DNA from: a virus
IMG/VR virus record: IMGVR_UViG_3300022925_000006
Direction: 5' to 3' (one strand)
Length of the DNA: 64,000 bases
The translations under genes were made by a program, and so were the position numbers. The notes beneath the pieces were generated by a model. It did not search any database. It worked only from the letters and a program-made list of their open reading frames with translations, and was not told the origin of the DNA. This document shows, one piece after another, positions 9,021 to 18,643 of the stretch (the first letter of the stretch is position 1; every line of letters begins with the position of its first letter).

Positions 9021-9050
9021 AGGGGGTGCTGGTCACCCCCTTTCGTCATT
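9021..9050 (+). terminator. GC-rich hairpin, probable terminator or attenuator before panD
   Basis: AGGGGGTG-CTGGT-CACCCCCT followed by a weak T-tract. Confidence 0.5.
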
Positions 9051-9062
9051 TGGAAATAAATT

Positions 9063-9404
9063 ATGTTATTGACTATGTTAAAATCTAAAATCCACGGTGC
9101 AATCGTCACCGAATGTGACCTTCGTTACGAAGGGTCTATTGCAATCGATGAAGATTGGATGGACGATGTCGGAATACTCCCCAACGAACAAGTAGATGTT
9201 GTCAACCTAAATACAGGTGGACGATGGACTACTTACGCTATTCCCGCAAGACGGGGCAGTGGTTGGATAGGTGTCAATGGTGCGGGTGCAAGACTGGCGG
9301 TCGAAGAAGACGAAGTTATCATCATGGCATATTGTCAAACATCTCAACTGAAAGCAAGATGGTTAAAACCCAAAATTATAACTGATGAGGAAATGTACAA
9401 ATAA
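9063..9404 (+). CDS. panD: Aspartate 1-decarboxylase (pyruvoyl)
   Basis: MLKSKIH, YEG|S self-cleavage site at G24-S25, RWTTY, NGAGAR, VIIMAY. Confidence 0.92.
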   Translation: MLLTMLKSKIHGAIVTECDLRYEGSIAIDEDWMDDVGILPNEQVDVVNLNTGGRWTTYAIPARRGSGWIGVNGAGARLAVEEDEVIIMAYCQTSQLKARWLKPKIITDEEMYK

Positions 9405-9640
9405 TGCCGTTATATACAATCATTAATGTCAAGAACGGAGAAACCGAAGACCTAATGTGTTCGTATGATTCTCTACAGGAGAAACTGGAAGACTTGGGAG
9501 AGGACTGGAGACAACAAGTGGGTGCTCCAAATCTTATTACTCATACAGGTAGTGTGATTAGTAAAACTTCGGGGGACTGGCAAAACTTAATGACTAAAAT
9601 TAACAAAGGTTCTGGAAGAGGGAATACCGTCAAATCATGA
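9404..9640 (+). CDS. Small conserved phage protein (FmdB-like N-terminus MPLY)
   Basis: Coupled ORF immediately before phoH. Confidence 0.6.
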   Translation: MPLYTIINVKNGETEDLMCSYDSLQEKLEDLGEDWRQQVGAPNLITHTGSVISKTSGDWQNLMTKINKGSGRGNTVKS

Positions 9641-10323
9641 CTATGAAACGTCTCAAAATAGACCACTTACTAACATACCAAGCGATTACCGAAAACCAAG
9701 GGCTTGCATACGAAGCATTCAAGGAAGGAGACCACCTCGTTCTTTGTGGTTCTGCTGGTACAGGTAAAACCTTTGTAGGTATGTACCTTGCACTACAAGA
9801 TGTCATGGATAAATCTTATGACCAAGACAAACTTGTTATTGTAAGAAGTGTAGTCCCTACCAGAGAGATGGGTTATCTGCCAGGCTCTGTGGAAGAAAAG
9901 ATTGATGCTTATGTTGCACCTTATCGTGCAATCGCAACCGAACTATTCAACGAGAAGACTGCATACGAGAACCTAGAACAACAAGGTCATATTGAATTTG
10001 TGTCTACATCGTTTATTCGTGGCACAACTTTAGATGACTGTATTGTACTTGTGGATGAGATGCAGAACCTCACCTTCCACGAATTAGATAGTATCATTAC
10101 AAGGGTGGGACGTAACAGTCGTATTATCTTCTCTGGTGATTATTATCAGTCTGACCTCAAGTCGAGTTCAGACAAAAAGGGTATCCTTGACTTCATGAAC
10201 ATCATAGAAGTCATGAATAATTTTACAACCGTAGAATTTGGATGGGCAGATATCGTCCGTTCAGACTTTGTTAGAGACTATATAATGACAAAGGAAATGG
10301 TTGAAAGAGGAAACATAAAATGA
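9637..10323 (+). CDS. phoH: PhoH-family ATPase
   Basis: GSAGTGKT, GYLPG, FIRGTT, VDEMQN, TRVG, GDYYQSD, DIVRS. Confidence 0.95.
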   Translation: MTMKRLKIDHLLTYQAITENQGLAYEAFKEGDHLVLCGSAGTGKTFVGMYLALQDVMDKSYDQDKLVIVRSVVPTREMGYLPGSVEEKIDAYVAPYRAIATELFNEKTAYENLEQQGHIEFVSTSFIRGTTLDDCIVLVDEMQNLTFHELDSIITRVGRNSRIIFSGDYYQSDLKSSSDKKGILDFMNIIEVMNNFTTVEFGWADIVRSDFVRDYIMTKEMVERGNIK

Positions 10324-10784
10324 AATTAAGCAAAAACTTTTCACTCAAAGAGTTTACAAGGTCAATGACCGCAACTCGTTTGGGTATTGATAACACACCT
10401 GAAGGCGAACACTTAACGGCTGCAAAAGAATTATTCACTAATGTGATTCAACCAGTGAGAGACAAATTTGGTATCACTCGAATCACTTCGGGTTATCGTT
10501 CACCAGCACTAAACGAAGCAATCGGTGGTTCTACAAAGTCACAACACTGTAAGGGTCAAGCTGTTGACTTTGAATGTGACAGGGCAGATAACCTAGTAGT
10601 TGCACAGTGGATTAGGGACAATTTAAAATTTGACCAACTCATCTCGGAGTTCTATGAAGCAGGTGACCCAACATCTGGTTGGATTCACGTTACTTGGGTA
10701 AGTGCAGAACACAATCGTAACAGATGTCTGACCGCAAAACGTGTAGATGGTAAAGTACAATATAGTGTTGGATTGCCTGAATGA
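10320..10784 (+). CDS. Peptidase M15A endolysin
   Basis: SGYRSPALN, SQHCKGQAVDF, WIHV Zn ligands. Confidence 0.85.
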   Translation: MKLSKNFSLKEFTRSMTATRLGIDNTPEGEHLTAAKELFTNVIQPVRDKFGITRITSGYRSPALNEAIGGSTKSQHCKGQAVDFECDRADNLVVAQWIRDNLKFDQLISEFYEAGDPTSGWIHVTWVSAEHNRNRCLTAKRVDGKVQYSVGLPE

Positions 10785-11641
10785 ACTTAATCTTTCAATA
10801 TATGATTACGAACGAGGAAACCGAGAAACGGAAGTCTGTTCCTGAGTATCCCCAAGGTACACGTTCTGAGTTATATCGTGTAACTGGTGACCTGTCGGCA
10901 AAATCATTTAGAGAGTATGCCAGAGATATTGGTGTGCATCATCAATACTCAACCAAACAAGTATTTACTGCGGGCAAGACTGGTTCAACTGTGCTGCTTT
11001 TCGAGTGCTTGCGTATCATATATGACCCAATATATGACCGCTATGATAAGATTGCGTTTATCGACAGTGACATTATCTGCAACACACGAGAGAACATTTT
11101 TGACCAAACCAATGGTTATGATGTGACGGGTGTCTTTGAATCTGAGATACGTTCTGGTACGGATGGTGGATACAATACTTGGGACTACAGTGACAAGATT
11201 AAGAAACAGTTGATTACCAAGTATGAACGTAACGGTATCCCAATTGTACCCACAGAATCCCCATATCGTCCGTCCTGCGTCACTACATTCAATACTGGGG
11301 TATTGGTATGGACTAAGGAAGCACGTCTCAAAGCGAGAGAGTGTTTCGATGACTGGTATGAATATATGGCGGATGGGGACAAACACGGTGACCCATTCTG
11401 GTTGAATAACGACCAACCCTTTATCTCTGGCCAGTTGACCAAACATGGGTTCAACATTCAGAGTATAGACCAGAAATGGAATGATACCCCAACCCACTGG
11501 AAAGATGACCGTGGATATGACATGAACTTTCTCCACTACACTGGTGGTGGTAATAAGGTTGTCATGTTGGATGATTATGAAGCTGATAAATTCAGGTATC
11601 TCGTAACCGATGAATACAGGAATCCTTGGCAAGAGCCATAA
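10781..11641 (+). CDS. GT-A fold glycosyltransferase (GT8/GT34-like)
   Basis: FIDSD DxD, FNTGVLVW, NDQPFI, WN...FLHYTG. Confidence 0.7.
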   Translation: MNLIFQYMITNEETEKRKSVPEYPQGTRSELYRVTGDLSAKSFREYARDIGVHHQYSTKQVFTAGKTGSTVLLFECLRIIYDPIYDRYDKIAFIDSDIICNTRENIFDQTNGYDVTGVFESEIRSGTDGGYNTWDYSDKIKKQLITKYERNGIPIVPTESPYRPSCVTTFNTGVLVWTKEARLKARECFDDWYEYMADGDKHGDPFWLNNDQPFISGQLTKHGFNIQSIDQKWNDTPTHWKDDRGYDMNFLHYTGGGNKVVMLDDYEADKFRYLVTDEYRNPWQEP

Positions 11642-11645
11642 ACGC

Positions 11646-11674
11646 TTGACAAAACATGTTTATCTTGTTATAAT
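11646..11674 (+). promoter_or_regulatory. Sigma70 promoter (perfect consensus)
   Basis: TTGACA-N17-TATAAT, extended TG. Confidence 0.8.
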
Positions 11675-11680
11675 ACTAAC

Positions 11681-12298
11681 ATGATGAAAAAAGAACCATT
11701 AACAAAAGGAAAAGAAGTGCTAAGTCAGTACCATAAGGTAATACTTACAGATGCAGATGGTGTTCTCCTGAACTGGGGATATGCCTTCGATGTGTGGATG
11801 ACCGAGAAAGGTTATGTCGCAGAAGACAAATTAAAGTATGATATCGCAGAAATCTACGGTATCACTAAAACAGAATCTAAGAAACTAGTCAGAGAGTTCA
11901 ACGAGTCTGCCCATATGGGTTTTGTGCCTCCGTTAAGAGATGCAATCCAGTATGTCAGAAAGTTGCACGAAGAACACGGTTATGTGTTTCACCTGATTAC
12001 GTCAATGAGTAAAGACGAGAACGCACAGAAACTAAGAACAATGAACATTCAGAAGTTGTTCGGTGAGACTGCGTTTACCAAGTTCATCTACCTCGACACT
12101 GGGGCAGACAAGGATGAGGTATTGAGTCAATACGAAGGAACAGATTATACTTGGGTTGAAGACAAGGTTGAGAATGCACACGCTGGTGCAAACTTTGGTC
12201 TGGATTCTATTGTCATGGAACATGGATACAACATGGACGATGACAGTTTCCCACTCATGAAGGGTTGGAAAGACGTGTACGAGTACCTAGTCGGTTAA
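11681..12298 (+). CDS. HAD-family phosphatase (NT5C / T4 30.2-like)
   Basis: LTDADGVL motif I, WVEDK motif; alternative GTG start at 11717. Confidence 0.75.
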   Translation: MMKKEPLTKGKEVLSQYHKVILTDADGVLLNWGYAFDVWMTEKGYVAEDKLKYDIAEIYGITKTESKKLVREFNESAHMGFVPPLRDAIQYVRKLHEEHGYVFHLITSMSKDENAQKLRTMNIQKLFGETAFTKFIYLDTGADKDEVLSQYEGTDYTWVEDKVENAHAGANFGLDSIVMEHGYNMDDDSFPLMKGWKDVYEYLVG

Positions 12299-12318
12299 AA
12301 CTTCTTATATATAACTAC

Positions 12319-13833
12319 ATGAAAAGATATGTAGGTTACTCAGAATATTACCATGACGCTGCAATGGCCATCGTTAACCCCGATGGTTCAGTCGAATGGG
12401 CATCCCAATCAGAACGTTATAGTGGTAGAAAACACGATGACTTAATACACCCACCTATGTGGGAGTTTGTCAACAGAGAAGACCACGTAACTTTCTACGA
12501 AGACATTGATTTACGAAGAGAGAAGATGGGCGGTTTCCGAACCTTTGGTGGTTGGTCTGACCGTGGATTTCTAAACGAAAAAGCAGAACAAAGCACTCCA
12601 ATGCGTAACTCATTGATGTTTGATTCTTTCAATCTACATCATGAAAGTCATTGTGCTCTTGCATTCTTTACCCGACCTTGGGAATCAAAAGAAGATACTG
12701 TTTGTGTTTCTGTGGACGGTTCAGGCGAACTCGAATCAATCGCAATCTATGACCACAACCTTAAACCAATTAAAAAAATTATGTGGCCTCAGTCCTTGGG
12801 TTCACTCTATGGTCAAGTCGTTGTATCATTAGGATATCAAAATCTCAGAGATGAATATATCATCATGGGTCTTGCGTCCTATGGCAAACCCGATGACACC
12901 CTCTACGAAATACTATACAACGCTTACCACTGGTATGAAAGTGACCATGGGTTGAGGGTTAAACAGATTGTAGATTTTGAGGGTGGTTCAATTGCAGAAA
13001 GTCCCCTGTCAGCAAAATTTGTTCAGTACGGAGAAAGAATTAATAGTAGGTGTAAGGACATTTCACAAGAAGATGCTTCCGCAACTATACAAAAATTCTT
13101 TGAGGATGAAGTCCTTGAGATTATGAAAGAAGCAAGGAAGTATGGTTCTAAACTAGTTTATGGTGGAGGGTGCGCTCAGAACGTTACTGCAAACTCTAAG
13201 ATTTATGAATTGTTTGATGAGATGCATATCGCAATTGCACCCAATGACGCTGGTAATGCTCTGGGGTGTGCTGCATACACATGGCACAAAGAGACTGGTG
13301 GAACACACCTGACATGGTCACCATACCTTGGTCACAACATTGACCGAGAGATAGACCCCAAAGAAGTTGCACAATACCTTGTAGATAATAAAGTGTGTGG
13401 TGTCGCAAATGGACGTGCAGAGTATGGCCCTCGTGCGTTAGGCAACCGTTCTCTCCTTGCAGACGTAAGATTCGATGTGAAGGATACGGTAAACGATATC
13501 AAGCGTAGACATCGATTTAGACCCTTTGCCCCCGCTATTCTATCTGAACATGCAGAAGAATACTTTGATGGCCCAATGAACAAGTATATGCAATTCATCG
13601 CAAAGGCAAAACACGACTATTCGTCTGTTACCCATGTCGATGGAACAGCAAGAGTTCAACTAGTGACTCCAGACTGTGAATCAGTCCTTCGTCAAATACT
13701 AGAAGAATATTATAAATTAACAGGTGTACCGATGTTACTAAATACATCACTGAACATTCGTAACAAACCTATGGTCAATACCATAGAAGATGCAATCGAA
13801 TGGGAAAAGAAATATAAAGTAAAGGTGTTTTAA
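12319..13833 (+). CDS. O-carbamoyltransferase (NodU/CmcH family)
   Basis: HDAA, ERYSGRKHD, HHESH, MGLASYG, GGCAQN, EYGPRALGNRS, RPFAP, HVDGTARVQ, LNTSLN. Confidence 0.92.
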   Translation: MKRYVGYSEYYHDAAMAIVNPDGSVEWASQSERYSGRKHDDLIHPPMWEFVNREDHVTFYEDIDLRREKMGGFRTFGGWSDRGFLNEKAEQSTPMRNSLMFDSFNLHHESHCALAFFTRPWESKEDTVCVSVDGSGELESIAIYDHNLKPIKKIMWPQSLGSLYGQVVVSLGYQNLRDEYIIMGLASYGKPDDTLYEILYNAYHWYESDHGLRVKQIVDFEGGSIAESPLSAKFVQYGERINSRCKDISQEDASATIQKFFEDEVLEIMKEARKYGSKLVYGGGCAQNVTANSKIYELFDEMHIAIAPNDAGNALGCAAYTWHKETGGTHLTWSPYLGHNIDREIDPKEVAQYLVDNKVCGVANGRAEYGPRALGNRSLLADVRFDVKDTVNDIKRRHRFRPFAPAILSEHAEEYFDGPMNKYMQFIAKAKHDYSSVTHVDGTARVQLVTPDCESVLRQILEEYYKLTGVPMLLNTSLNIRNKPMVNTIEDAIEWEKKYKVKVF

Positions 13834-14166
13834 ATGGAAGAAAATAAAGATATGCAAAGAGATTTTTATCATCCCGCAGATTCAAATGGGGACGGTAAAG
13901 TCTCGGATAGAGAACAGGACATGTATTTTGAGTTCAAAAGAAAGGAACTAGAAGACAAAGATGCAATGCGTGACGCACAACGTAAGATGGCATGGTTTGC
14001 CCTCTATGGTATGTTGTTATATCCCTTTGCAGTTGTTTTGACTAATCTACTAGACCTGACCCAATCGGGTATTATTCTGGGTGATATGGCTCCAACATAC
14101 TTTGTATCGGTTGCCGCTATCGTTGCTGCATTCTTTGGTGGACAAGTATTCGCAAATAAGAAGTAG
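13834..14166 (+). CDS. Small membrane protein with EF-hand-like loop
   Basis: DSNGDGKVSDRE followed by two hydrophobic helices. Confidence 0.65.
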   Translation: MEENKDMQRDFYHPADSNGDGKVSDREQDMYFEFKRKELEDKDAMRDAQRKMAWFALYGMLLYPFAVVLTNLLDLTQSGIILGDMAPTYFVSVAAIVAAFFGGQVFANKK

Positions 14167-14169
14167 ATA

Positions 14170-14973
14170 ATGGAAAAGGTTAGGTGGAGAGGTACTTGGG
14201 GTGTTGGTGATGCTATGCAAGCCCTCAACTGTTGTCATAACTATTCTTTTCATAACAAGAAGAAAGTTAATCTAGAAATGCATTGGGAACACGGTGAGGA
14301 TTATCTTCACCATCCCGATGACCCCGAAACAATCATTCAAAGAATGGAATGGATTCACAATCAATATCATCGACAAGATGATGTTACTCTCACCCACGTC
14401 TATAACTCTGACCTGTTCGAACACGGTAATGTAAACCCAAACAAAAGAAAAGACCGATTCTATTTTGATTCAAATGCGTTTGACCCAAAGGAATCTGCTC
14501 CTAATGACTGGGTGTTCAAACCCGAAGCCTTTGTCCCCAAGAAAAAGAAGATAGTTATATGGACACCTCATTATAATAGTGAACCACCAAGAAAGTGGAA
14601 AAGGTTCTTGACAAAAGATGATTGGGGTGTTATAATAAGCTCTCTGCGCTGGGAGGGTTGGATACTAGTTGAATTGACCTATAGAACACCTATTAAAGAT
14701 GTGTTCAAACAGATACAAGAAGCTGATTTTATAGTCTGTTACGATGGTATGTGGCATTATATTGCACGAAACTTTGGTAAACCTTTGTTCGTACCATCAT
14801 GGGAACAGATTACTTATTTCAATACACCTCAAGCAGTAACAAGACCAAATAGACATGAGGTACTAGATTTCTTTGGAGATGGTAATGAATCATTCACACC
14901 CAATCTCAATGAGATGAAATCTAAAGCACAAGACTATATAGACATGTTACAAGAAAGATACTATGAAAGATAA
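14170..14973 (+). CDS. GT-B fold glycosyltransferase-like (GT9-like)
   Basis: GVGD near N-terminus; ADFIVCYDGMWHYIARNFGKP resembles the GT9 C-terminal motif. Confidence 0.55.
   Translation: MEKVRWRGTWGVGDAMQALNCCHNYSFHNKKKVNLEMHWEHGEDYLHHPDDPETIIQRMEWIHNQYHRQDDVTLTHVYNSDLFEHGNVNPNKRKDRFYFDSNAFDPKESAPNDWVFKPEAFVPKKKKIVIWTPHYNSEPPRKWKRFLTKDDWGVIISSLRWEGWILVELTYRTPIKDVFKQIQEADFIVCYDGMWHYIARNFGKPLFVPSWEQITYFNTPQAVTRPNRHEVLDFFGDGNESFTPNLNEMKSKAQDYIDMLQERYYER
14608..14636 (+). promoter_or_regulatory. Intragenic sigma70 promoter
   Basis: TTGACA-N17-TATAAT with extended TG, inside a CDS. Confidence 0.6.
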
Positions 14974-15003
14974 AAAGATACTACAAGTAATAGGGGATTT
15001 AGT

Positions 15004-15963
15004 ATGAAAATTGATAGAGCAGTAATTGAAATAAACGGTGGGTGTAACTACTCGTGTACTATGTGTCCTCAAGATATGAGAACAGGTGGACGTGATAAAA
15101 GATTCCTACGTAAGATGAACCTATTAGAGTTTGAGAACAACGTAGCTGATTGTGCAAAACATGGACTCAATGTAGTTAACCTAGAAGGTAGTGGAGAACC
15201 CACACTGAACAGAAATCTACCTGAGTACATTAAGATTGTTAAGAAGTATGGTGCGAAGTGTTTCATGTTCTCTAATGGATTCCGTATGCACGGTGACTTT
15301 ATGAAGAAGTGTGTTGATGCGGGATTAGACTTCTATAGATTTTCATTCATTGGATACAATCCTGATAAATATCAAGAATGGATGCATAATACTCAAGGCG
15401 GTAACTTTGATTTCATTTGTAAGAACATCAAAGAGATGCAAGAATATGTAAAAGAAACGGGTAGTGACTGTGTGGTCGCAACCTACCATCTTATAACTGA
15501 TAATGATAATTTAGAGGAGGAACTTAATGAATATAAAGCAGTGGTTAATAGACTTGGAGTTAAAACAGAAATTTGGAAGATGCATAACTGGTCTGGAGTC
15601 TATGATAACAAAGACAAACGTCAAGGTAAAGTTAAAACGTGCGGTAGGCCATTCTCTCCTGATGTTGTTATACGTGCTGGCGGTCTTGACGGGAAAACTG
15701 GGGCAGTGGCTCCTTGTTGTCAAGTCTTGGGCAGAGACGAAGAGGCAGTCCTTGGTCATACGAGTGAGAAGTCTATAGAGGATATATGGAACGATATTCC
15801 ATACACCGAACTTAGGGAACAACACACAACAGGAGATTATCCCGACTATTGTAAGGGGTGTGACTTCCTTCTAGATGACCCTGAAGTATTAGTCTATAGT
15901 AATCACGATAGAGACCTACATAAGATGCATGGAACTGATTTTGACCTTGAAGATTACCGATAA
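15004..15963 (+). CDS. Radical SAM protein with SPASM/twitch domain
   Basis: CNYSCTMC, GSGEP, C-terminal CGRPF...PCC...CKGC. Confidence 0.88.
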   Translation: MKIDRAVIEINGGCNYSCTMCPQDMRTGGRDKRFLRKMNLLEFENNVADCAKHGLNVVNLEGSGEPTLNRNLPEYIKIVKKYGAKCFMFSNGFRMHGDFMKKCVDAGLDFYRFSFIGYNPDKYQEWMHNTQGGNFDFICKNIKEMQEYVKETGSDCVVATYHLITDNDNLEEELNEYKAVVNRLGVKTEIWKMHNWSGVYDNKDKRQGKVKTCGRPFSPDVVIRAGGLDGKTGAVAPCCQVLGRDEEAVLGHTSEKSIEDIWNDIPYTELREQHTTGDYPDYCKGCDFLLDDPEVLVYSNHDRDLHKMHGTDFDLEDYR

Positions 15964-16555
15964 TATATGGATGATACAGATACCTGATAGTAAGGTATCT
16001 CAACATTATGCAAAACAGGCAATACAAAGTTGGGAATCTCACGGTTTTCAAGTAAATCTATTTGATGCAGTCACTCCAAAGACTCTACATCTATATGACG
16101 ATATACAGCTTGACCAGTATCACGGTAAACGTGATTTCACTGATACTGAAATGGGTTGTTGGTATAGTCACTATCTGTTATGGGAGAAATGTGTTGAAGA
16201 ACGAACGCCCATAACAATTATAGAACACGATACCGAATGTCTTACTTCTGATATGCCTATTATCGCACCATACTTTTCAATCTGTGATTTTCAGAATAAT
16301 GAAGAGTTTCATAACTATTGTGATAGGTTTGAAGGACACCCTTATTGGTGGCATTACAAGTTATGCCCTATTACTTCTGGATATTATATTGAACCAGAAC
16401 AGGCCGAAGACTTGTTATTAGAATGTGTGACCAAGAGACATACAAGATATGTTGATGATATAATGTTTGATAAATTAAATAAAGATTTAAATTTAATTGC
16501 GGATTACTGTAGACCTATATATGATACAAAGGTAGGAGGAACAGTTGACCACTAG
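15929..16555 (+). CDS. GT25-like glycosyltransferase
   Basis: FDAV, EMGCWYSHYLLWEKC, IIEHD; true start may be 15971. Confidence 0.7.
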   Translation: MELILTLKITDNIWMIQIPDSKVSQHYAKQAIQSWESHGFQVNLFDAVTPKTLHLYDDIQLDQYHGKRDFTDTEMGCWYSHYLLWEKCVEERTPITIIEHDTECLTSDMPIIAPYFSICDFQNNEEFHNYCDRFEGHPYWWHYKLCPITSGYYIEPEQAEDLLLECVTKRHTRYVDDIMFDKLNKDLNLIADYCRPIYDTKVGGTVDH

Positions 16556-17339
16556 AATGATATTCCAAGTGTCGGTGGGTAAACCATCTAAACTATACGA
16601 ACACTGTATTGAATCAGTCGCACATTATTGTGCGAAGTATGACATTGAACATATCGTATTGACTCAACCTAAACTAAGAATCAAACCTGATATCTTTACC
16701 AGTGGACGTAGTGAAGAATCCTACATGAAATATGGTGGATATCTTCCTATCTTTGAAAAGGAAAATGCATTTGACTATCTCGATAGATTTGACCAGATTG
16801 CAATTGTGGATGCCGACATTTACATCCGAAATGATGCACCCAATATATTTGATGATTTTGGTACTGACCACGCATTTGGGGCAGTAGTAGAACGTGAAAT
16901 GGATATACAGTCTTGGTATGGAAACAAGATTATAAACTATTCACAGATGCAGTACCGACACCTACACAGTTCTGGCCATGGAGACTTCAAACCAAACAAT
17001 CTGGGATACGAGTTCTTTAATATGGGGTTGATTCTCCTGAACTCCAAGTTATTCAAACCATACCTCAAGGGACAAGACCCTCACAGTTTCCTGAACCGTA
17101 TGGAATTTAAAGACTTTGTAGACGGTGTTGGTGCATACAAGTGGAGTACTGACCAGACCCTACTAAACTATTTCCTGAAGAAGTATAGAATACCTACCAA
17201 ACATATGGAAGGTAAATGGAATGGACTATTCAGTGCAATCAATAATGTAAAAGATTGTAACTTTGTGCATTTCTTTCTAAAGGATAAACTCCCTGACGGT
17301 GGAGAAAATGTTGACCAGTTAATGAGTCAAATTATATAA
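16545..17339 (+). CDS. GT-A fold glycosyltransferase (GT8-like)
   Basis: IVDADIY, FFNMGLIL, DQTLLN, WN...FVHF. Confidence 0.7.
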   Translation: MTTRMIFQVSVGKPSKLYEHCIESVAHYCAKYDIEHIVLTQPKLRIKPDIFTSGRSEESYMKYGGYLPIFEKENAFDYLDRFDQIAIVDADIYIRNDAPNIFDDFGTDHAFGAVVEREMDIQSWYGNKIINYSQMQYRHLHSSGHGDFKPNNLGYEFFNMGLILLNSKLFKPYLKGQDPHSFLNRMEFKDFVDGVGAYKWSTDQTLLNYFLKKYRIPTKHMEGKWNGLFSAINNVKDCNFVHFFLKDKLPDGGENVDQLMSQII

Positions 17340-17342
17340 ATA
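17335..17342 (+). promoter_or_regulatory. T4-type late promoter
   Basis: TATAAATA upstream of AGGAG RBS and ATG 17393. Confidence 0.7.
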
Positions 17343-17392
17343 CTATAGACAATACCGTCAATTATATTAATAGAGTGAATAGGAGAACCCTA

Positions 17393-18091
17393 ATGTTAAA
17401 CCCGAACGATTTTGTGAAGAAGATTCGCAAAGATAACCAAGCCCTGTTCGAAGCGTCTAAGATGAACACTAAGGCGTATTTCGAAGGTGACCTTCCTGAA
17501 GAGGAGATGGTCAATCACTTCATTGGTCGCATGGTCAATGAACGTATGAACATGCAAGAAATCTCAATGCAGATTGCAAATGCATCCGATGACGCAGACC
17601 CTAAAGAGTTAGAACTTCTTTCTAAACAAGCAGCAGATGAAGCAAAACATTACCGCATGGTTCGAGAAGTAATCGAACACATTAAAGGTGAGAAGATTGA
17701 TGTAGTCCAAGCACTTGAAGATGAGAGAAAGGCAAACACCGCAAAAGGTGCTGCACTTCTAGAGAAGTATGATGCACAAGAAGATGAGGCAGTCCTTGCC
17801 GCATATCAACTTGTTGCGGAAGGACGTGCAGAAGCTGTCTGGAATCAGATGGCAGACACCATTCAAGATGAATTCATCTCAACTCGTTATCGTGAGATTG
17901 CGAAAGACGAAGGTTTCCACAGTGCAATCGGTGGATACTCGTTACGTAAACTTGCGACAGATGAAGAGACTCAAAGTCGTGTCCAACGTGTTGTTGACGC
18001 AATGCGTAAAGACCTATTTGAAATCTCTTGTAGAAATCAAGTTGAAGCAGAAGGTTCGAGAGAACTGGTAAACGCAGCTTACGGTTGGTAG
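17393..18091 (+). CDS. Ferritin-like diiron protein
   Basis: Paired E...DEAKH and E...DEGFH diiron ligand pattern. Confidence 0.75.
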   Translation: MLNPNDFVKKIRKDNQALFEASKMNTKAYFEGDLPEEEMVNHFIGRMVNERMNMQEISMQIANASDDADPKELELLSKQAADEAKHYRMVREVIEHIKGEKIDVVQALEDERKANTAKGAALLEKYDAQEDEAVLAAYQLVAEGRAEAVWNQMADTIQDEFISTRYREIAKDEGFHSAIGGYSLRKLATDEETQSRVQRVVDAMRKDLFEISCRNQVEAEGSRELVNAAYGW

Positions 18092-18643
18092 ATGAAAATT
18101 GGACTCACGCAAAGAGTCCTCACGCACAATAAACAAGTACATGATTCCTTAGACCGTTGTTGGTACACATTTCTAAGGGGTCATGAACTTGTTCCTATCC
18201 CAAATCGTGAAGACTTAGATTACGAATCCCTCGCAAAATCTCTAGACCTTCTCATCATTACTGGTGGGGGGAACGAGAGTGTTCGAATTACCACAGAAGT
18301 AAACATGGCAACAGAGATGTCTAAGTTGGGCAAACCTATGCTCGGCATATGTCATGGTGCATTTTTACTTACCGAAATACTTGGTGGTAAAACAAGAATA
18401 GGTAAAGAGGGACATTATAATGTCGAACACTTGGTACATAGTAAGTATCAACCCCACAGGGTAAATAGTTTTCATAATGTTGTTATTGACAAAGTACCAC
18501 CAAATAGTGTATCATTATGTATAGACGAAGATGGTGATTGCGAGTCTTGGATAAAGGATAATATTTGTGCTATCGTGTGGCATCCTGAGAGGATGACCAT
18601 ACCCTATATACCCAAAGAGATAAAAGAGATTATAAGATTATGA
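18092..18643 (+). CDS. Class I glutamine amidotransferase (peptidase C26-like)
   Basis: ITGGG, LGICHG nucleophile, VNSFH, WHPE. Confidence 0.85.
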   Translation: MKIGLTQRVLTHNKQVHDSLDRCWYTFLRGHELVPIPNREDLDYESLAKSLDLLIITGGGNESVRITTEVNMATEMSKLGKPMLGICHGAFLLTEILGGKTRIGKEGHYNVEHLVHSKYQPHRVNSFHNVVIDKVPPNSVSLCIDEDGDCESWIKDNICAIVWHPERMTIPYIPKEIKEIIRL

